64,000 nucleotides of DNA, taken from NCBI GenBank assembly GCA_951406725.2, contig OX597825.1, positions 81,592,001-81,656,000 of the forward strand, written 5' to 3'. This DNA is from Octopus vulgaris. Taxonomy: Eukaryota. The position numbers and the translations under genes were made by a program. Below are positions 31,011 through 45,090 of this stretch, piece after piece. The notes beneath the pieces are model-generated. The model had not been told where the DNA came from and did not search any database. It saw only the letters and a list, made by a program, of their open reading frames with translations. The first letter of the stretch is position 1. Every line of letters starts with the position of its first letter.

Positions 31011-31425
31011 TATTTCTTTATTGCCCACAAGGGGCTAAACACAGAGAAGACAAACAAGGACAGACAAATGGATTAAGTCGATTACATCGACCCCAGTGCA
31101 TAACTGGTACTTATTTAATCGACCCCGAAAGGATGAAAGGCAAAGTCAACCTCGGCGGAATTTGAACTCAGAACGTAGCGACAGACAAAATACCTATTTC
31201 TTTATTACCCACAAGGGGCTAAACACAGAGGACAAACAAGGACAGACATAGGTATTAAGTCGATTACATCGACCCCAGTGCGTAACTGGTACTTAATTTA
31301 TCGACCCCGAAAGGATGAAAGGCAAAGTCGACCTCGGCGGAATTTGAACTCAGAACGTAACGGCAGACAAAATGCCGCTAAGCATTTTGCCCGGCGTGCC
31401 AACGCTTCCGCCAGTTCGCCGCCTT
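31011..31425 (-). mobile_element. SINE family A dimer (184-bp period)
   Basis: Tails at 31011 and 31195; head ends GCCGCCTT at 31425. Confidence 0.9.
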
Positions 31426-31860
31426 ATTCCTACTCAGTAATAACAACCGTCATTTCCTTTATAATTCTTTGATTAATTTCTAAGAAATCTTGTCTGATCT
31501 CTTCGATCTTGTTTTCTCTTTCAGCCAATTTTCTCATTCTAGCTTCAGCAATTCTTTCCTATCATCATCCTTCATATTTTGCCTCATTCTTTCCCTGATA
31601 ACTCCAGCTTCGTCGTTCGTCACACATTTTCTGCCACCATTTCTTATGTTAACTTCATACCTTTCCTTCTGAGTTCAGGCTTCACCTCTTTCCCGATTCT
31701 CCCCCTCTTTATTCCTAATCATTGTTTCTCCTCTTTGTCCCCCCCCCCCAATCTTTCCCTGTGTCTTTTTTTTCTCTCAGTTTAACTCACCCTATCGTAC
31801 CCTGTGATTATCGTCTGCTATAACACACCAAACTCCGTCTCGGTAATAAAATAACTTATA

Positions 31861-32230
31861 CTAGCAGTATCGCCCGGCGTTGCTCGGGTTTGTTTCGACC
31901 CTTTAGAATTGGAATTTTTGAAAAGTAAAAGTTTTGCACTATGTAGCTTGTTATTCTCTTTAAGTGAACATTTTTCTGGTTGAAATACACGGAAAAATTC
32001 GTGAAAAATAGGGATTTTCATAGAAAAAAAGCACTTTTTGATGTAAAGATTTTTGGTGTTAACATGGTCCGATTTGAATTTTTTTCTTCTACGGAAGGAA
32101 GAGCAAGCCTTCTTCTATCATACTTTCAATTTTGGTCAACTTGCGCCGCAGGGTCTCGGGGGAGATAGTGTTAGTTGAAGGCTACCAAACCTGCCATACA
32201 CAGACAACTTCAGCTTTATATAGAGAGAGA
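31861..32230 (-). mobile_element. Non-autonomous Helitron
   Basis: Minus strand starts A|TCTCTCTCTATATAAAG and ends with the CCCGAGCAACGCCGGG hairpin ... CTAG|T, the canonical TC..CTAG ends in an AT target. Confidence 0.82.
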
Positions 32231-32764
32231 TTATATGGCTGGTTACATCTGCATAGAAATTATACCGTTGTACGGCTTTTACGAAGAAAATTAGAAACGT
32301 GGTTATTAATATGATACTGGCTTGGAAAAACCTGTGTCTTGGATATACCGTTACACACGTCTTTTTTATTTTCTTTCTTTAGGGATACAGTTATTAAAGT
32401 AAAACATTGGGTTGAAAACCCCTTTTTGATAGAAAGGCTCGAATGCTACTCGTGTGATTCGAAGCCACATAGGGCTGTGGATATGACAGACGCAGTAGTC
32501 ATTCGAATCTCTCTATGCATTGTAGAAACTCCTTATCAGCATGAATTGTATTTTCTTGTCATAAACCATAGCTTTATGTGCTTTGAGATCCATTGTTCCA
32601 AGCATAACGAAGAAAAAGAAATTATTTCACGTTCTCTTAAACGCGGCCAAGATGGCCGCCTGCAGATATTAATTTCCCGCTCTTGCCTCTCTCTCTCACA
32701 CACTCTCTCTCCTCTTTTCTATATCTCTCTCTCTCCCTCTTTCTCGCGTCTTTTGACGTCAACA

Positions 32765-32972
32765 ATTTTTGGCTTCAAATTCGGGTACAAGGGAAGCAAG
32801 TTCGTGGAAGGGGCTAAGTCGATAACATCGGCCCCTAGTACTCAACTGGCATTTATTTTATCAACCTTGCAAAGATGAAAAGCAATATCGACCTTGGCGG
32901 AATCTGAACTCAGAACGTCAAGATGGACAAAATACTACCGAGCATTCGTGCTAACTCCTCCGCCAGCTCGCA
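32765..32972 (-). mobile_element. Diverged SINE family A copy (alternative tail)
   Basis: AACTGGCATTTATTTTATCAACC...GACCTTGGCGGAATCTGAACTCAGAACG...CCGCCAGCTCGC. Confidence 0.75.
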
Positions 32973-33618
32973 GAACTCAGAACGCCAACAATTGTTAACA
33001 CGCAAATTATGATAATTTCCCACTTTGTTTATGATCTAGGAGAGACAAAGATACTTAATTGTCCTGGGTGCGGTTCTTTGTCCTCCGAGTATTCACAACA
33101 GTTGGTGGAAATAAGAGGCAATAATACATGTGTCATGGAGGCAGTCAATAATTTCTAAAACCGTTCATTCTGCAATTGGGACTTCGACCTCTTCCGTCTG
33201 CGATTCTAGATGTTGTAGTTGTAGCTGTTGTTGTTGGTGGTGCTGGTGGCGGCGGTGGTGGTGATGCCAGCGGTCTGGTGCTGTGTGGTGGAGGTGACGG
33301 ATTTGGTGGTGGTGGTGGGTGATGCGGTGCTACGGTTACTATACAATCTCTACTCATGATATATTTATTCATTGTGTGTGTGTGTATACATATATACACA
33401 CAAACAGAAATATATTTATATATGTGTATGCATGTGTGACTGTGCGTGTGTGTATGTGTGTATGTGTGTGTGTATCTGTGTGTGTGTGTGCGTGTGTGTG
33501 TGTGTGTGTAATAGTCTATATAGTTGTTTGCTCAAGTGAATGAATGCTGTATATCTAACAATCAATAACTATACACGTATGAAATCTTTCTATTCTTATT
33601 CATGTTTTTTTATATCAA

Positions 33619-33745
<127 letters not shown>

Positions 33746-33835
33746 TTATCTATCTATCTATGTCTATATATATCTATCTATGTATCTACCTCTCTATCTA
33801 CTCTCTATCTACCTCTCTCTCTCTCTCTTTCTCTG

Positions 33836-33876
<41 letters not shown>

Positions 33877-34617
33877 TTATCTACCTACCTATCTATCTAT
33901 CTATCCTTTTCTATTACCCTCCATTTCTCCATCACAGTTTTTATTCACGTTCCCTTGGTTATGTCCGACATCTAACTCAACCAATCTCTGATGCCTTAGT
34001 AGCCAACTGCCTCACCCAACCCGAACCAATTATTTTTTTTACCACCTATTGTTGCCAGCTTCACTATCCCCCCCTTCTTTCTCTCTCTCTCTCTCTCTCT
34101 ACTTCCTTCTCTTTTTCTGTCTCTTTTTTCTTCCCCCTTTTGTCATCTCTCCGTCTGCCTGGCTGCCAGGCTGGTTACACATGTAAACAGAATTAGTGAA
34201 CACAGCCAAGATGGCCGCCTGCAAATATTAATTTCGCGCTCTTGCCACTCTCTCTCTCTCTCTCACACACTCTCTCCCCCTTTCCCTCCCTCTCTCTCTC
34301 TCACACACACACACCGCTCCCCTACTAACATTGTAACCCGTCACCGTTGTAATTTAGCAAAGTCTCTCTGTTTGATTTGCTGAGTTATTTACATATATTA
34401 CGTTGGCCTTGTGACTTTTCAAACATCCATAATGCTTTTGCATTACAACCGGGACAAATAATCAGAAATAATATCCTTCTTGCTCTGTTAAACTTTCTTT
34501 CATTTTATACATTTAGTTTTCGCTTCTTTGCAATTTTTTTCCCCTTCTTTTCTTTCTGTTTTTATGTCATTCTTTTCTTTCTTTTTTGGCGTTTTTTTCT
34601 TTGCTTTTCTCTCTCCC

Positions 34618-34684
<67 letters not shown>

Positions 34685-34785
34685 TTTTTCTTTTTTTTCT
34701 TTTGGTGCTTGCGAATTTTTCTCTGTCATTCAACCCGAAAAGCAGCAAAAAACATTTTCATTTCATTTCAGCGTCATCATCATCT

Positions 34786-34845
<60 letters not shown>

Positions 34846-34905
34846 TCATCATCATCATCATCATCGCTCTCATCATCATCATCATCATCATCATCATCGC
34901 TCTCA

Positions 34906-34983
<78 letters not shown>

Positions 34984-35049
34984 CCACCACCATTATTGAT
35001 AATCCTTTCTACTCTGTGCACAAGGACTGAATGTTTTTTTAGGATGGAG

Positions 35050-35316
35050 CTGGGTTGATCGAAGACATCGACCCCAGTACTTGACTGGTACCTATTTTGT
35101 CGATTCCGAAAGGATGAATGGCAAAGTCAACCTCAAGTCACAAAACCAGGCACAAGGTCTGAGATTTTAGGGCAGTGGGTTAATCGGTTACATTGACCCT
35201 AGTATGCAAGGGGTATTTTTTTATCGAAACCCTTCACCCGAAAGGATGAAAGAAGAGTCGACCTCCGTGGAATTTGAGTCAGAAGAAATGCTGCGAAGCA
35301 TTTTGTCCGGTGAGCG
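35050..35316 (-). mobile_element. Two adjacent diverged SINE family A fragments
   Basis: GAAAGGATGAA core motif occurs twice, with GACCCCAGT/GACCCTAGT. Confidence 0.7.
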
Positions 35317-35404
35317 ATGATGATGATGATGATGACAATGATGATAATGGCGACGACGACGATGATGATGGATATGATGATGATGATGATGATGATGACG
35401 ATAG

Positions 35405-35480
<76 letters not shown>

Positions 35481-35508
35481 AATGGCGACGACGACGATGA
35501 TGATGGAT

Positions 35509-35555
<47 letters not shown>

Positions 35556-35618
35556 AATGATAATGGCGACGACGACGATGATGATGGATATGATGATGAT
35601 GATGATGATGATGATGAG

Positions 35619-35655
<37 letters not shown>

Positions 35656-35725
35656 AGTGATGATGATGATGAGAATGATGATGTGGATGATGATGATGAT
35701 GATGATGGTGATGGTGATGATGATG
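35316..35725. repeat. (GAT)n array with a repeated higher-order motif
   Basis: GATAATGGCGACGACGACGATGATGATGGATAT recurs three times within (GAT)n. Confidence 0.9.
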
Positions 35726-36064
35726 AGGAGGATTATTATTATTTTTTTTTTTTTTTTTTTTTGTTGTTGTTGCCACTCTCGTCATTCTTATCACCATCAT
35801 CATCGTCATCACCATCATCATCAACATCAGGTCGCATTATTCCTACAGTATCGCCATTCCAATTAGTATTCTTAGTCCAGCCCCCCCCTCACCGCTCCTC
35901 CTTTTACCATTCTCACTTATTGACGAAGCTAAAAACAAGCAGAACTGCCCAAAATGTCTCCAGAATGGAATGGTTGCTCTCTCTCTCTCTCTCTCTCTCT
36001 CCCTCTCTCTTTCTCTCTCTCTTTCTCTCTCTCTCTCATACTTAAATGTATTTACCTATATAAT

Positions 36065-36444
36065 GGAGGCACAATGGTCTAGTGGTTAGGGCAGCGGACA
36101 CGCGGTCCTAAGATCACGGTTTCGATTCCCAGAGTGGGCGTTGTGAGTGTTTATTGAGCAGAAACACCTAAAGCTCCACGAGGCTCCGGCAGGGGGTGAC
36201 GGCGAACCCTGCTGTACTCTTTCACCACAACTTTCTCTCACTCTTTCTTCCTGTTTCTGCTGTACCTGTATTTCAAAGTGGCCAGCCTTGTCACACCCTG
36301 TGTCACACTGACTCTCCCCCTAGAACTACGTTAAGGGTACACGAGTCTGTGGAGTGCTCAGCCACTCGCACGCTAATTTCACGAGCCGGCTGTTCCGCAG
36401 ATCGGATCAACTGGAACCCGCGTCGTCGTAACCGACGGAGTGCC
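36065..36444 (+). mobile_element. tRNA-derived SINE, family B
   Basis: GGAGGCACAATGGTCTAGTGGTTAGGGCAGCGGAC...GGTTTCGATTCC head; colinear with 37637-38018. Confidence 0.9.
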
Positions 36445-36604
36445 GCAATTTACATATAAATTAACAGCGACCAACCTGCTCTTGTTGGGTCAGACTTTCT
36501 ACTTGGCCGGCTACAGTGGCTTGAACTTGAGTTTATTTTAGGAAACTGATAACAAAAATATTTCAGTATTTCTAGGTTTTCCCGCTGTTTATTTATACTT
36601 TGTA

Positions 36605-36853
36605 TCTTTTATTTACTTCAGTCATTGGGCAGCGAGCATGCTAGGGCCCCGCCTGAAGGACTTAGTCGAATAAATCGATCCCTGTATAATATTTCTTTGT
36701 AAATCTGTTATTGTATCAATGCCTTTTGTCGAACTGCTAATAACGTCGATGTAAACACCCCATCACCGGTTGTCAAGTGACTGAGGCTCGACAAACATAA
36801 GCACAAAGGCACACATCTTGTGTGTGTGTGTGTGTGTGCATGTGTGTGTGTGT

Positions 36854-36934
<81 letters not shown>

Positions 36935-37085
36935 ACGCAGTTTCTCTCTACCAACTTCATTTATAAGGCATCGGTCGGCCCGAGGCTTTAAGAGAAAGTA
37001 CTTGCACAGGATGGCGAGCAGTAGGACCGAACCAGAGACCATGTGGCTGCAAAGCGAGTTCCTTAACCACACTGCTAAGCCTGCG
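36605..37085 (-). mobile_element. SINE family C copy with expanded internal (TG)n
   Basis: Reverse-complement match to the head and tail of 27575-27974. Confidence 0.75.
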
Positions 37086-37103
37086 CTTATTATTTTTTGC
37101 TTC

Positions 37104-37246
37104 AAGGGCGGCGAGCTGGTGAAATCGTTTTGCCTTTCATTCTTTCGGGGTCGATCACTTAAATACCAGTTGCGTACTGGAGTCGATCTAATCGACTGGC
37201 ACCCTCCTCCAAAATTTTTGGCCTCGTGCCTAGAGTAGAAAAGATT
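37104..37246 (+). mobile_element. Internally deleted SINE family A copy
   Basis: GGCGGCGAGCTGG head is fused directly to TTTGCCTTTCATTCTTTCGGGGTCGAT; tail GCCTAGAGTAGAAAAG. Confidence 0.8.
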
Positions 37247-37636
37247 ATATTTGACATGGTTCATAGCCTAATGGTTAAGGTATGGTTCTCAAGGTCATGG
37301 TTTCGATTCCCAGGCTGGCAGACTGTCGTGTTCTGGGGCAAAACCCTTCATTTCACGTTACCCCTGCCCACTCAGCTGTAAAAGATTTACCATCTGATGG
37401 ACTAGCGTTCCGTTCGAGGGAATGTTGCCTTGTGAGGAAGCGCATTGTGATCAGCGGTGTATAACAACATCCGATACTCTGATCGATACAGTGATTCAAT
37501 GATATTCAATATGGCGTTTATCCTGAATATTTAATATTTTTCAATGACAGAAGGGTCATCTTTAAGGCAGATTTTTGAGCCGCTTCTTGCAGGATGAGCG
37601 ACCATGTAGTCCTGTACGCTAGCATCCTTTTACGGT

Positions 37637-38018
37637 GGAGGCGCAATGGCCCAGTGGTTAGGGCAGCGGACTCGCGGTCGTAGGATCGCGGTTTCGATTC
37701 CAAGACCGGGCGTTGTGAGTGTTTATTGAGCGAAAACACCTAAAACTCCACGAGGCTCCGGCAGGGGATGGTGGTGATCCCTGCTGTACTCTTTCACCAC
37801 AACTTTCTCTCACTCTTACTTCCTGTTTCTGTTGTACCTGTATTTCAAAGGGCCGGCCTTGTCACTCTCTGTGTCACACTGAATATCCCCGAGAACTACG
37901 TTAAGGGTTTACGTGTCTGTGGAGTGCTCAGCCACTTACGCGTTAATTTCACGAGCAGGCTGTTCCGTTGATCGGATCAACCGGAACCCTCGTCGTCGCA
38001 ACCGACGGAGTGCTTCCA
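37637..38018 (+). mobile_element. tRNA-Arg-like SINE family B with 14-bp TSD
   Basis: A box TGGCCCAGTGG, anticodon-like CTCGCG (TCG) and B box GGTTTCGATTCC. TSD CATCCTTTTACGGT at 37623-37636 and 38019-38032. It resembles the tRNA-Arg-derived OR SINEs described for octopus (from memory, unverified). Confidence 0.92.
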
Positions 38019-38825
38019 CATCCTTTTACGGTTGTAGTTTTTTTTGCTAATGTTGTTAATATTGTTGCAGTTGATGTTGTTGTTGCTGCTGCTGCTACTG
38101 CTGCTGCTGTTGCCGTTTCTCTAATCAGGAAAGTTCGTGGCCCTGCAACGTTTCCTGAATGTAGATTGCCCTCGCGCTCAGAGTTGCTGTCACTTGTAAT
38201 ATCAAATATTTTGCGTATTCACGTGTTCACATATGCGGGCTTCACTACGCATGTGCAAATCTGTGAGTGTGTGTGTGAGTGTGTGTACGTGCGTGTGTGT
38301 GTGTGTTGATATCTGTGGCTGTGTGTTAGTTTATGCGTGTATGTGTGTTTACGTATGAAGCGGAGTGTATTAGATCAGGCCCCACATCACCATGCAGATA
38401 TGTGTTTAGCTTTGTCCTTAACTTTGGGACTACAATGCTCTTCAGTTCGTTGGGACGTACACACGAACTCATACACACACACACACCACACACACACACA
38501 CACACACGCACATATATACATACTTGCATACTTACGCATACGCACGTACTCGTACACGTTCACATACACGTGCATGAGAACGAATTAGCATGTATAAGGC
38601 TGCATGTGTGTACGTACATTCAAATTATATGCGTGTATATGTGTGCGCATGCGTAGTCTTTGTACATGCGTATGTGAGTCGGCTTCTTTGTAAACATATG
38701 TATGTATACACGTATGTGTGTGCGTGTGTGTATGTCTGGGTGTGTGTGTGTATATACATACATATGTGTGTGTGTATCTATACACATATATATATATATA
38801 TATACATATATGCATACATATATGC

Positions 38826-38856
<31 letters not shown>

Positions 38857-38897
38857 GATACACACAGGCGAGGTGAGGCCTATGGTAAGAAGCTTGC

Positions 38898-38942
<45 letters not shown>

Positions 38943-38985
38943 AAACGAGAAAATGGATATATATATATATATATATATATACATA

Positions 38986-39205
38986 CAGGCGAGGTGAGGC
39001 CTATGGTAAGAAGCTTGTTCCCAACCACATGGTTCCCGATTCAATCCCACTCTGTGGCACCTTGGGCAAGTATCTTCTACTATAGCCTCAGGGCGATCAA
39101 AGCCTTGTGAGTGAATTTGGTAGATGGAAATTGAAATAAACCCGTCGTATATATGTATATATATTTGTGACTCTGTGTTTGTACTCCCACTATCATCGCT
39201 TGACA
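38986..39205 (+). mobile_element. SINE family C, 5' part
   Basis: GGTAAGAAGCTTG..AACCACATGGTTCC..ACCTTGGGCAAGTATCTTCTACTATAGCC. Confidence 0.85.
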
Positions 39206-39283
39206 CACAGTCACACAGACACATACATACATACATACATACATACATACATACATACATACATACATACATACATACATAGT

Positions 39284-39495
39284 AGAGGCGCAATGGCCTA
39301 GTGGTTAGGGCAGCGGACTCGCGGTCGCAGGATCGCGGTTTCGATTCTCAGACCGGGCGTTGTGTGTGTTTATTGAGCGAAAACACCTAAAAGCTCTACG
39401 AGGCTCCGGCAGGGGGTGGTGATCCCTGCTGTACTCTTTCACCACAATGGCGGTGCCCCAGCATGGCCACAGCTCAAGAGCTGAAACTGGAAAAA
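39284..39495 (+). mobile_element. Chimera of a family B head and a family C tail
   Basis: Family B sequence runs to CTTTCACCACAA (39447), followed by GGCGGTGCCCCAGCATGGCCACAGCT..GAAAC. Confidence 0.8.
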
Positions 39496-39505
39496 CAAAA
39501 CAAAA

Positions 39506-39539
<34 letters not shown>

Positions 39540-39692
39540 CGCCGTCTTCTTTCAGTTTCTGTCTACCAAATCCATTCACAAGGCTTTGGTCGGTCTGAAG
39601 CTATAGCAGAAGTCCCTTTCCCAAGGTGCCACGCGGTGGGACTGAACCCAGAACCTTGAGGTAAGGAAGCAAGCTTCTCACCACACAGCCAC
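39540..39692 (-). mobile_element. SINE family C head
   Basis: Reverse complement of GGCTGTGTGGTGAGAAGCTTGC...ACCTTGGG...AACTGAAAGAAG. Confidence 0.82.
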
Positions 39693-42600
39693 GTGTTTCT
39701 TAGAGCTCGTTTGTGTGCAGGGAAATTTATATTTAAGGTTCTATCTAACCTGCACGCAGATGCAGATAGAAGCGCTTTTTAAGAGACTCTGGACCGATAC
39801 ACACGCGCAAATACACAAGCGCACGCTTATATATTTTAGCGTTTGCGTATGTCTGTTTCTGCCTTGTGTATGCGATAGTCTTCCACCATCGACTTGTCTA
39901 TAGAATATCATACACATATATCCGTGCGTGTGTGTAGCTAGTTACGTGTGTCTGGGTGCTAGTGGTAGTGTGTGTATAGAGGCGTGTATGCTGGCTTGCT
40001 TATACGTATAAGTTAATGTGTGTGTGTGTGTGTGTGTGTGTTATTGTTGAGTATCAATAGGAGTGCTCTTAGAGTTTGATTAGAGATGGATGATAACGAT
40101 GATAGGTGATGGTGTTGGTGATGATGATGGTGGTGGTATTGGTGGTGGTAGTGGTGATAGTGGTGGTGGTGGTGGTGGCGGCGGCGATTATGGCAATGGT
40201 GGTGTCGTCACGATGATGACGTACCAATAGCTAACGGCATTTCGTCACAGTCCGCTGGCCATTTCTCATGTAAACACTTCTTTGCTGTCATTGGTGATTT
40301 GTAACGGAGTAGTGTGCAGGCGGCGGTGGCGGCGGTGGCGGCGGGGGTAGCGGTGGCAGCGGCGGTGGGGTGGGGGTGGGGGTGATGGAGGTGGTGGTGG
40401 TGTTTGGTGGTGGCGGGGTGGTGGTGGTATTGGTGTTCGTTGTCGGCGGCGGTGGTGTTGGCGGTGTAGTGGTGGCGTTAGGGTGATGGTGTTGATGGTG
40501 GTGTTGGCGGTGGGGTGTTGGTGTTGGTGTTGGTGGTTGTGATGATTGTAGTGATGGTGGTGGTGATGGTGGTGATGGTGGTGGAGATGATGGTAGCGGT
40601 GGTTGTGGTGGTGGCAACGGCGGTAACGGTGGTGATGGTTGAAGGTGATAATGTTGACTGTGGTGGTGGCGGCGGAAGTCGATGGGGGAATGGAAGCAGC
40701 GGCAGGCGCGGTGATGGTGGTGGTGGTGGACATGGCGCTTGTGGTGGTTGAGTTGGTGGGGTGGTGGCGGTGATGGTACTGTGTGAATGTATATGCATAT
40801 GTTTGTATGTATTGTGTGTATGTGTATGTGTTTATGCGTGTGTGTGTTTATGTGTGTGCACGCATGTGTGTATGTGTGTGTTTTGCTACTGATGCTGGCG
40901 TTGTAGTCGGTGTCGTTGTTTAGCCCCTGGCTAGCCTTGGCTGAGGGCAGATCTTTGAACCAAAGTCATCCCACCCATGACCATCTGGTCTATTTTTCCA
41001 ATGGCTAGAAAACCCAAGCCCATAACTGCCAACTTCCTCTTCTGAGAAGTAGAGCGCATGGGAACGAGATTTGGCTACCATTTCTAGCAGATCCAGTGAA
41101 CACGTGTAGTCCCTTTTTTTCGTTCATCTTGTTGTTGCTGTTGCTGTTGTTGTAGATGTTTTATTTATTTATTTATGTTTTGTTGTTGTTAATCTAATAT
41201 ATAATTTGTCTTTTTTTTTGCTTTTCATTTCACCTTCATATTCAAACACATTGGAGCTGTGGAACAGCAGTGGTTCTGGTAGTCATGATGATGGTGGTGG
41301 TGGTGGTGCTGGTGCTGGTTGTGGTGGTGGCGGCGGCGGCGGTGGTGGTGGTGGTGGTGGTTGTTGAAATAGTGGTGATGGCGGTGTTGGTGGTAGTTTT
41401 AGTAGTGGTGGTGGCGGTTGCGATAGTAATGGTGGATGAGATGGTGATGAAGCGATGTTGATGGTAGTTGTGGTAGTGGTGATAGTTGCAGTGATGGTTG
41501 TTGTTGTTGTTGTTGTGGTGGTGGTGGTTGCAGTGATGGTTGTTGTTGTTGTGGTGGTGGTGGTTGCTGTGATGGTTGTTGTTGTTGTTGTTGTGGTGAT
41601 GGTGGTAGTGATGATGATGGTGGTAGCGGTGGAGGCTGTGGTTTAAGTGGCACTGGTTGAGAAGGATGTAGTTGTTGTTGTTGTTGTGGTGATGGTGGTT
41701 CGGATGGTAATAATATAGGGTTGATGGTAGCGGTGGAAACGGTGGTAGCAGTGTTATTGCAGTAGTTACGATGGTGGTAGTGCGGTGGTGGTGAAGGTGG
41801 TATTGGCTGAGGTATTGGTTCTGGGGCATAAGGTGGTAGTGTTGGTGTTAGTGGTGGCGATAATTGCAGTGGTTTGGTGGTAGTCGTTGTTGCTGTTGCA
41901 GTTGTGGTGGTTGCGGTGGTGGTGTAAGTAATAGTGGCGATGATGATAATTACGGTGGTGGTTGTAGTGGTCGTGGTGTTTCTGGCTGTCATCACGAGTT
42001 CCTGGTTTTTGATAAGGGTTGCGAAGGTAGCGGAGAAAGCAGTGACAGCGACGAGCGAGGTGACGACGGTGACGTTGGTGACGCCAGCAATGGCGGCGGT
42101 AACGCTAACAGCAACGGCACCGGCGGCGGCGGCGGCTAGGACGGGTTGCTTGCCAAGTTTTCAATGTAAATCTTGGTCAAAAATAATTAATATCATTGGC
42201 CAGTAGGAGAGAAGCCTCGGGATTTGGACAGCTTGATCAAAGTCTGTGAACTAACCCATAATGTTTACAGTAGATTTCAAATAAATAACTCTTGATGGGA
42301 AATACTTCGCTCTGATCACCTTCCACACTTGCTAATTGATATTGTCAGGTTCAAATCGTTATTGCAGCTTTATTTGATTTCTTTTCCTTTTCATAATTTT
42401 TTAATGATTTTTAAAATATTTTTTTTATATTTCTATATATATTAGTTTTTTTTAATCATTTTTGTTTCTTTTCTTTTTTTTTTTAGATGTGTTTTTTTTT
42501 TAATATAATGAAAGAAAGACAATGTGAGAGGGGGGACGATGGAAAGGGTGGGAGGAAGAGTCGCGTGGCGGACTAAAGGGCCCTAGCAATGTTTAGTCGA

Positions 42601-42918
42601 GTTCCTTTATGTTCTTGGTTTCAATCCCGTGGAGATCATCTTTAGCTTTTCATCCTGAAAATGTATAGCAAAAACCAGGAACAAAAAACAAACAAAAAAA
42701 GAGGATAGTGACAGAGTGGAAAGGAATGGAAGCGTTACAATATTTAGTTTGAGAAATATTTGAGTTCAAGTCTCAACAGGATATGGTTTTTTTTTCTATT
42801 GTCTTTTCGGAACTATATATATACATATATGTGTATGTACGGGCATATATATACACGCTCATACATATATATATATATATATATATACGGGCATATATAT
42901 ATACGCTCATACATAATG

Positions 42919-42963
<45 letters not shown>

Positions 42964-43479
42964 TTATGAGTATGCATATGTGTATGGCTTTTTGTTCTGT
43001 GTTCTGTATGCTTTAAATAAATCAGTCAGAAAACGCAAAGGAAAACTGTCCTAAATGCGCCTCTATAGTTGGCTTTAAAAACTCAGCAGAATATTTTCCG
43101 ATCGGTCCTCCTACAGCAAAGGCACAGCCTCTACAAAAATACATCACTAGCTAGCAATTCCTTAACTTAACCCCCCTTACACTACATATCTTAATAGACA
43201 AGCACTTTCTTACAAACAGTATATATAAAACACTTCTTAACAAAACAACTTTAAACAAAAGATTTAAACACTACCAAAATGGCAACTAAATGTGTGATCT
43301 GAGGATAGCAGAAAAACGGAAAGCCTGCCTAAGCGTTAGCATGACATTTATCATACGTCTGCTCTGTTAAACAACAACATTGACAAACATTTAATGATTG
43401 GATGGAGAGTTCGAAAACGTTACAAATTCGTTTTGTCCCTGGGAAAAAAAACCCAGCTGTTTATCCCTAAGTGATTTCC

Positions 43480-43640
43480 TTTTGTCCCTGTAACTTAGCG
43501 ATTCGGCAAAGAGAGACAGAATAAGTACCAGGCTCAAGAAAAAAAGCACTGGGGTTGATTCATTCGACTAAAGATTTTTCTAGGCGTTGCCCCAGCATGG
43601 CCGCAGTCAGATGACAGAAATAAATAAAAGTAAAAAGATG
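43480..43640 (+). mobile_element. SINE family C, 3' part
   Basis: GTAACTTAGCGATTCGGCAAA...ATAAGTACCAGG...CCCCAGCATGGCCGCAGTC. Confidence 0.75.
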
Positions 43641-43662
43641 AAAGATTCTCTTATTCATATAC

Positions 43663-43693
<31 letters not shown>

Positions 43694-43812
43694 GCGGAGA
43701 AAGAGAAATGAATTTATATAACAAATGTATGTATATGCAAGTACGGCATATGCGTATGTGCTTATGTTTGTATATGTAGGAATGAGTGTATGTGTATGCA
43801 TATGCATATATG

Positions 43813-43877
<65 letters not shown>

Positions 43878-44701
43878 CTGCGTGCACACGCTTTTGTATG
43901 AAACATAATCAGCTTTTTTGTTTCCTTTACCGCGTGTCGATCTGTTCATATATAACCTCTAACCTTAAAACAAAACAAACAAACCGCGAAATTATGTGCG
44001 TATGTGTACATATGCACGTGTGTGTGTGTGTTTGTGTGTTTGCGCACGCGCGTGTGTGCTAAAGAACAAGAACAAAACACAGACAGACATTTCATTATTA
44101 ACGTATCTTATAGTATATCAATGTTGTCCGCCGTTGTAATTCTCTTTGTTATCACCACATTGACAACAATCATTGCCACTACCAGCGCCACCACCACCAC
44201 CACCACCACCACCACAACATAATCACCATAATCCCCCCCTTCTCTTCTTCCTCCTCCTACTCTTACTCCGATTCCACTTCATCATCATCATCATCATAGA
44301 AAGAGAGAGACAGAGAAAGAGAGGTGAGAGAGAGATTAGAAGGTCAGAGCTGTTTTATGTGTGTAGGAGGGAATTAACAATCTATTTAGCGGTAATAGAA
44401 GATTCGGGGAAGGTTTTTTGTTGGTTCGCAGTGAAACGTGTATTTTATAACCGCCATTATTAGATGGATGGATTCTGTATGCTTACTGGTGTTTACTGTT
44501 GCTGATGGTGGTGGTGGTGGTGGTGGTGGTGGTGGTAGCGCTCCTGCTGCTACTGCTGCTGCTGCTGCGGCTCTTGGTATCAGTTTGCTGGCGGCGGTGG
44601 TGTTGTTGTTTGCGGTAGTATTAGTGGTGGTATTGGAGATGGTGGTGATGGTTTTGGCGGCAACGGTAATGCTGCTGCTGCTGCTGGTGGTGATGGTAGT
44701 G

Positions 44702-45090
44702 AAGGCGGCGAGCTGGCAGAAACGTTAGCACGCCGGGCGAAATGCTTAGCAGTATTTCGTCTGCCGTTACGTTCCGAGTTCATCCTTTCGGGGTCGATAA
44801 ATTAAGTACCAGTTATGCACTGGGATCGATATAATCGACTTAATCCGTTTGTCTGTCCTTGTTTGTCCCCTCTGTGTTTAGCACCTTGTGGGTAGTAAAG
44901 AAATAGGTATTTTGCCTGTCGTTACGTTCTGAGTTCGAATTCCGCCGAGGTCGACTTTGCCCTTTCATCCTTTCGGGGTCGATAAATTAAGTACCAGTTT
45001 CGCACTGGGGTCGATATAATCGACTTAATCCGTTTGTCTGTCCTTGTTTGTCCCCTCTGTGTTTAGCCCCTTGTGGGTAATAAAGAAATA
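44702..45090 (+). mobile_element. SINE family A dimer
   Basis: Head at 44702, first tail ends at 44905, second unit spans 44906-45090. Confidence 0.92.

Noticed and set aside
32339-32878. 179-aa ORF
   Set aside because: It runs through a (CT)n tract and an antisense SINE, and has no recognisable domain.
37850-38012. HDV-like or twister ribozyme in the SINE family B tail
   Set aside because: I could not build the required pseudoknot pairings by eye.
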